The notes under the pieces: model-generated | The model's input: only the letters and a program-made list of their open reading frames with translations | Database searches by the model: none | What the model was told of the DNA's origin: nothing | NCBI GenBank assembly: GCA_024641125.1 | Contig: JAHEDQ010000003.1 | Span: 1-56,545 of the forward strand | Direction: 5' to 3' | Source of the DNA: Candidatus Competibacteraceae bacterium | GTDB lineage: Bacteria; Pseudomonadota; Gammaproteobacteria; Competibacterales; JAHEDQ01 | DNA length: 56,545 nt | Shown: positions 54,246 through 56,545 of the stretch, one piece after another | How the letters are laid out: every line of letters starts with the position of its first letter | Position numbering within the stretch: position 1 is the first letter of the stretch | Position numbers and translations under genes: made by a program

Positions 54246-56318
54246 TTAGATCTGATCCATCATGCTCTGCTGTTCCTTAACCACGCCCGGATTGGACAGC
54301 AACCAGACCTTGAACTCAGCGCCGGCACCCACCCTGGAGTTCACGGTGAGGTTTCCGCCGTATCGTCTGATCAAGCCATAGCTGATGGACAAACCAAGGC
54401 CGGTGCCCTGTCCTTCCGGCTTGGTGGTATAGAACGGATCGAACAAACGCGAACACACACGGCTCGGGATGCCGGGACCGTTATCGCGAACGGAGATCAC
54501 GACGCCCCGGTCGCCCCAGTCCGCGGCGCTGATTTCGATCCTGCCCCGTCCATGTGAGACCGCGTGACAAGCATTGACCATCAGGTTCACCAGCACCTGC
54601 TGCAATTCCTGGCGGTTGATGGCAATCGTTCGCTCGGTCCGGATGGATGTGGTTACCTTGACTGATCCACGCTTTACGGCATGGGCCACCAATCCCAAGG
54701 TGTCCGTGATCACCTCATCGATGGACACGTCGTCGATGCAGCCCGCGTACTCCGCAGGCCGGGCGTATTGCAGCAGATTGTTGATGATCTCACGGATGCG
54801 ATAGACCTGGGCGACGATCAAGTCGACCTCTTCGGAAACCGGTTCGATGGCCGGCCCCAACTCCGACACCAGCAGATCGAGATTGCCCAAAATCACGGCC
54901 GTGGGATTGTTGATCTCGTGGGCCACGCCGGCAGTCAACTCACCGATGGCGGCAAGCTTCTCCGCCATCACCAGTTGCTGCCGGGTCTGCTGCAAAAGCG
55001 CCACGGTTCTTTCCAGATCGGCGTTTTTCTCACGCAGTTCGCGGGTGCGCTGATCCACCTTGAGTTCCAACTCATCTGCGGCACGCTGAATCTGCCGATT
55101 GCGCTGCTGAAGAAGGTCGAGCATGACATCGAACTCGCGGGCCAATTCCCCAATCTCATCGCGGGATGCCAGCTTGCCGATGCGTCTGTCCTCGCCCCCG
55201 CGGGTCGCCCGAACCACCGTGCTCATTTCCTCTATGGGGCGAAAAATTGACTTGGCGCCGTAGAAGGCAAGGGCCGCGGAAAACCCCATGAAGGCCAAAA
55301 AAATCAGCGATATCAATTGGATGGTTCGCACCAGGCTGGCCCGAAACGGAGCCTCCAGGAATCCAGCGTACAGCATGCCGACACGTTCGCCGACAACGTC
55401 ATAGATCGGCTCATAACCCGACACATACCAATCGTTCACCACAAAAGCGCGGTTGATCCAGCGATCCCCCTGCTCCAGGACCTGGGTTCGCACTTCCGCC
55501 GAAACGCGGGTACCCAAAGCCCGTTCCCCCGGTCGCACCGGCACGTTGGTTGTGATGCGAACGTCGTCCAGAAACACGGTCACGGTGCCGAGGCTGTCCT
55601 CGGGCAAACTGCCCGGCCCGTAGACCAGATCCCGTATGGTGTCGACAATGGAGAAGTTGCTGTTCAGCAGCACCGCACCGTCCAACAGCGCGACCACGCG
55701 CCCACCAATGTCGGCGAGCGGATAAACCATGCGCATGGCCATCGCCCGATCCTCAAACGATCGCTGTATAGGCGTGGCCCTGGGCGTTTCCACAAGGGGA
55801 AGACGAACCATTGCGGCGAGTTCCGATGCGATGCCTGCCAGTTCATCGGGCCCGAACACCTGAATGCCGCTGACTGCCTCACCTGTTAGGGCGCGAGTAA
55901 GCTCACCGGGCAGATGAATCCCGCCGGCAAAATTCCGTTCCGGCGCACTCAGGTCTAAGCCGTCGAGATCCACCATGCGCAGATAAGCGAAACCGTGATT
56001 GCGGGCCAGATCATCGAGTTGGGCCTGTATCGCCCTGGTATCGCGATCAGCGAGATTGGAGCGAAAAAGATACGATTCACCAACACCGGCGAGGGTCGCC
56101 AAATAGTCCGCTCGGATTCGCGCGAACACGTCCTGAGCTACCGCAAGATCCGTGGCCACCTTGATGAACAACTGGTCGTATGTGGCTCTATCACTCCAGT
56201 AGACCGCCAAGCCAAGGGTGACGGGCATCACCAGCAGTATCGGAAACAAAACGAGCAGCAGAAGCTTGTAACGCAGGCTCCGCTCAACCCGGGCCACCAG
56301 GGGGAATCCCTTCAGCAT
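54246..56318 (-). CDS. sensor histidine kinase (periplasmic Cache-like domain, HAMP, HisKA, HATPase)
   Basis: The track ORF extends to 56456. The ATG at 56318 lies 17 nt after the upstream stop and gives MLKGFPLVARVERSLRYKLLLLVLFPILLV. H-box GVAHEINNPTAVILGN; G-boxes DNGPGI and GTGLGLSISYG. Confidence 0.85.
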   Translation of the reverse strand: MLKGFPLVARVERSLRYKLLLLVLFPILLVMPVTLGLAVYWSDRATYDQLFIKVATDLAVAQDVFARIRADYLATLAGVGESYLFRSNLADRDTRAIQAQLDDLARNHGFAYLRMVDLDGLDLSAPERNFAGGIHLPGELTRALTGEAVSGIQVFGPDELAGIASELAAMVRLPLVETPRATPIQRSFEDRAMAMRMVYPLADIGGRVVALLDGAVLLNSNFSIVDTIRDLVYGPGSLPEDSLGTVTVFLDDVRITTNVPVRPGERALGTRVSAEVRTQVLEQGDRWINRAFVVNDWYVSGYEPIYDVVGERVGMLYAGFLEAPFRASLVRTIQLISLIFLAFMGFSAALAFYGAKSIFRPIEEMSTVVRATRGGEDRRIGKLASRDEIGELAREFDVMLDLLQQRNRQIQRAADELELKVDQRTRELREKNADLERTVALLQQTRQQLVMAEKLAAIGELTAGVAHEINNPTAVILGNLDLLVSELGPAIEPVSEEVDLIVAQVYRIREIINNLLQYARPAEYAGCIDDVSIDEVITDTLGLVAHAVKRGSVKVTTSIRTERTIAINRQELQQVLVNLMVNACHAVSHGRGRIEISAADWGDRGVVISVRDNGPGIPSRVCSRLFDPFYTTKPEGQGTGLGLSISYGLIRRYGGNLTVNSRVGAGAEFKVWLLSNPGVVKEQQSMMDQI

Positions 56319-56337
56319 GGGTATGCCTGCAGACGCT

Positions 56338-56545
56338 TCAGGCAGTCCCGGTGTTCTCGAGACGCCAGGTCTTGAGTTTGCGGTCCAGCGTCTTGCGGGA
56401 AACCTCAAGACGCTGCGCGGCGCGGGATTTATTCCCGGAGCAACCATCCAGCACATGGAGAATGTAATGCTTTTCCACCTGTTGCAGCGTCATATCATCG
56501 CTGAACATGAGGCCAGACCGGTCCGATACTGCGGTCCGCATGTCC
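56338..56545 (-). CDS. sigma54-dependent (NtrC-family) response regulator; C-terminal Fis-type HTH only, 5' end off the window
   Basis: ..LQQVEKHYILHVLDGCSGNKSRAAQRLEVSRKTLDRKLK.. is the HTH_8 tail of NtrC-type activators. It lies directly upstream of the kinase. Confidence 0.7.
   Translation of the reverse strand, partial: DMRTAVSDRSGLMFSDDMTLQQVEKHYILHVLDGCSGNKSRAAQRLEVSRKTLDRKLKTWRLENTGTA

Noticed and set aside
1-56545. Search by eye for tRNA, rRNA, tmRNA, RNase P, SRP RNA, CRISPR arrays, integrases, transposases, toxin-antitoxin pairs and known defence genes.
   Set aside because: I did not recognise any. The only mobile-looking DNA is the non-autonomous hairpin element family. A covariance-model scan (Infernal/tRNAscan) would be needed to exclude small RNAs formally.

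Overview
High-GC (about 62-64% by eye), densely coding chromosomal window. It looks gammaproteobacterial: DppA, FabR and DmlA read as close E. coli relatives. I found no rRNA, tRNA, CRISPR array, transposase, integrase or phage genes.

Gene content from left to right:
- PPK2 (3' end off the window) and a tartrate/D-malate dehydrogenase.
- A long minus-strand string (13.4 kb down to 2.4 kb): SCP2 carrier, RND adaptor, an RND pump with an unusual C-terminal extension, three secreted Gly/Tyr/Pro low-complexity proteins, a LolA-like protein, an orphan ParA ATPase, a TPR protein and a Met-rich membrane protein. A PAS-containing sigma54 activator is divergently transcribed, and a -24/-12 promoter points into the string.
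- A large PAS-GGDEF-EAL protein.
- A methanethiol-oxidase (SBP56/MtoX) gene followed by a fused SCO1-MauG gene, facing a divergent MlaC-like + SCO1 pair.
- dppABCDF, then a membrane diguanylate cyclase.
- A glutarate module (gcdH, CoA-transferase, semialdehyde dehydrogenase).
- fabR plus fadE-fadJ-fadI.
- A translationally coupled four-gene minus-strand operon (methyltransferase, hydrolase, NUDIX, dehydrogenase).
- A decaying patch (PLD-family gene remnant, SDR lacking its Rossmann glycine motif).
- qor, a small FinO/ProQ-domain protein, and a PAS-only membrane protein.
- A Cache/HAMP histidine kinase with the 3' end of its sigma54-type response regulator.

Two things the gene list does not explain:
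1. A roughly 168-bp hairpin-forming element with about 20-bp terminal inverted repeats occurs five times (four full copies, one half copy). One copy has its central segment inverted relative to its own arms.
2. The sigma54-linked RND / low-complexity secreted-protein cluster matches no characterised system that I know of.

All start codons were chosen by eye (RBS, signal peptides, start/stop overlaps). All homology statements come from memory of family signatures, not from searches.
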